The notes under the pieces: model-generated | The model's database searches: none | The model's input: only the letters and a program-made list of their open reading frames with translations | Told to the model about the DNA's origin: nothing | Position numbers and translations under genes: made by a program | Virus record (IMG/VR): IMGVR_UViG_3300011335_000604 | Location: 6,320-70,319 of that record | DNA from: a virus | Taxonomy: Duplodnaviria; Caudoviricetes | DNA: 64,000 nucleotides | Direction: 5' to 3' (one strand) | Shown here: in pieces, positions 63,896 to 64,000 of the stretch | How positions within the stretch are numbered: position 1 is the first letter of the stretch | Layout: the number at the start of each line of letters is the position of its first letter

Positions 63896-64000
63896 TCGAA
63901 TCACCAACCTGGGAAGACCTAGGTTACGCTAACTTTGAATAACATGGACAAAACCAAAAACATCTACACAATCATCGGCATCGCGCTGTCCGTGGTAATA

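Noticed and set aside
1-64000. Stop-codon reassignment as in some crAss-like phages
   Set aside because: All core genes are full length under the standard code, short ORFs tile gaps with normal overlaps, and no suppressor tRNA was seen
1-64000. Integrase/att or prophage boundary
   Set aside because: No recombinase and no host genes in the window, so lifestyle cannot be determined here

Overview
A 64-kb segment of a tailed dsDNA phage of Bacteroidota. The host call rests on many TAnnTTTG (-7) promoters, A/C-rich leaders without Shine-Dalgarno sites, and lipobox proteins. The standard genetic code gives intact long ORFs. 1-42.6 kb (minus strand) is a podovirus, crAss-like virion module: GroES-like co-chaperonins, terminase, portal, scaffold, major capsid, ring and nozzle proteins, several giant ejection/cargo proteins, a ferritin, a holin-like protein and a tail fibre that runs off the window. 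No virion RNA polymerase motif was seen. 42.6-52.1 kb (plus) holds replication and nucleotide genes: an O-like initiator with internal iterons, a primase-helicase, an SSB, a DnaA domain-IV protein, a phosphoesterase and an EndoVII-type nuclease. 52.2-54.0 kb holds small basic proteins and a ~1-kb non-coding junction with a perfect parS palindrome and IHF-like sites. 54-64 kb (plus) is an early/host-takeover and recombination region (DUF932-like, Cas4-like exonuclease, NinB-like, NinG). The most striking content is non-coding: (i) six tRNA-shaped but non-decoding elements with covarying acceptor stems and T-loops, three of them ~48-nt minimal forms punctuating the early operon; (ii) a ~390-nt ornate structured RNA that ends in one of them; (iii) an ~80-nt sRNA whose loops are antisense to the start-codon regions of several of the phage's own genes; (iv) a kissing-loop attenuator-like leader before the initiator gene. 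All structures were derived by eye and no database searches were run.
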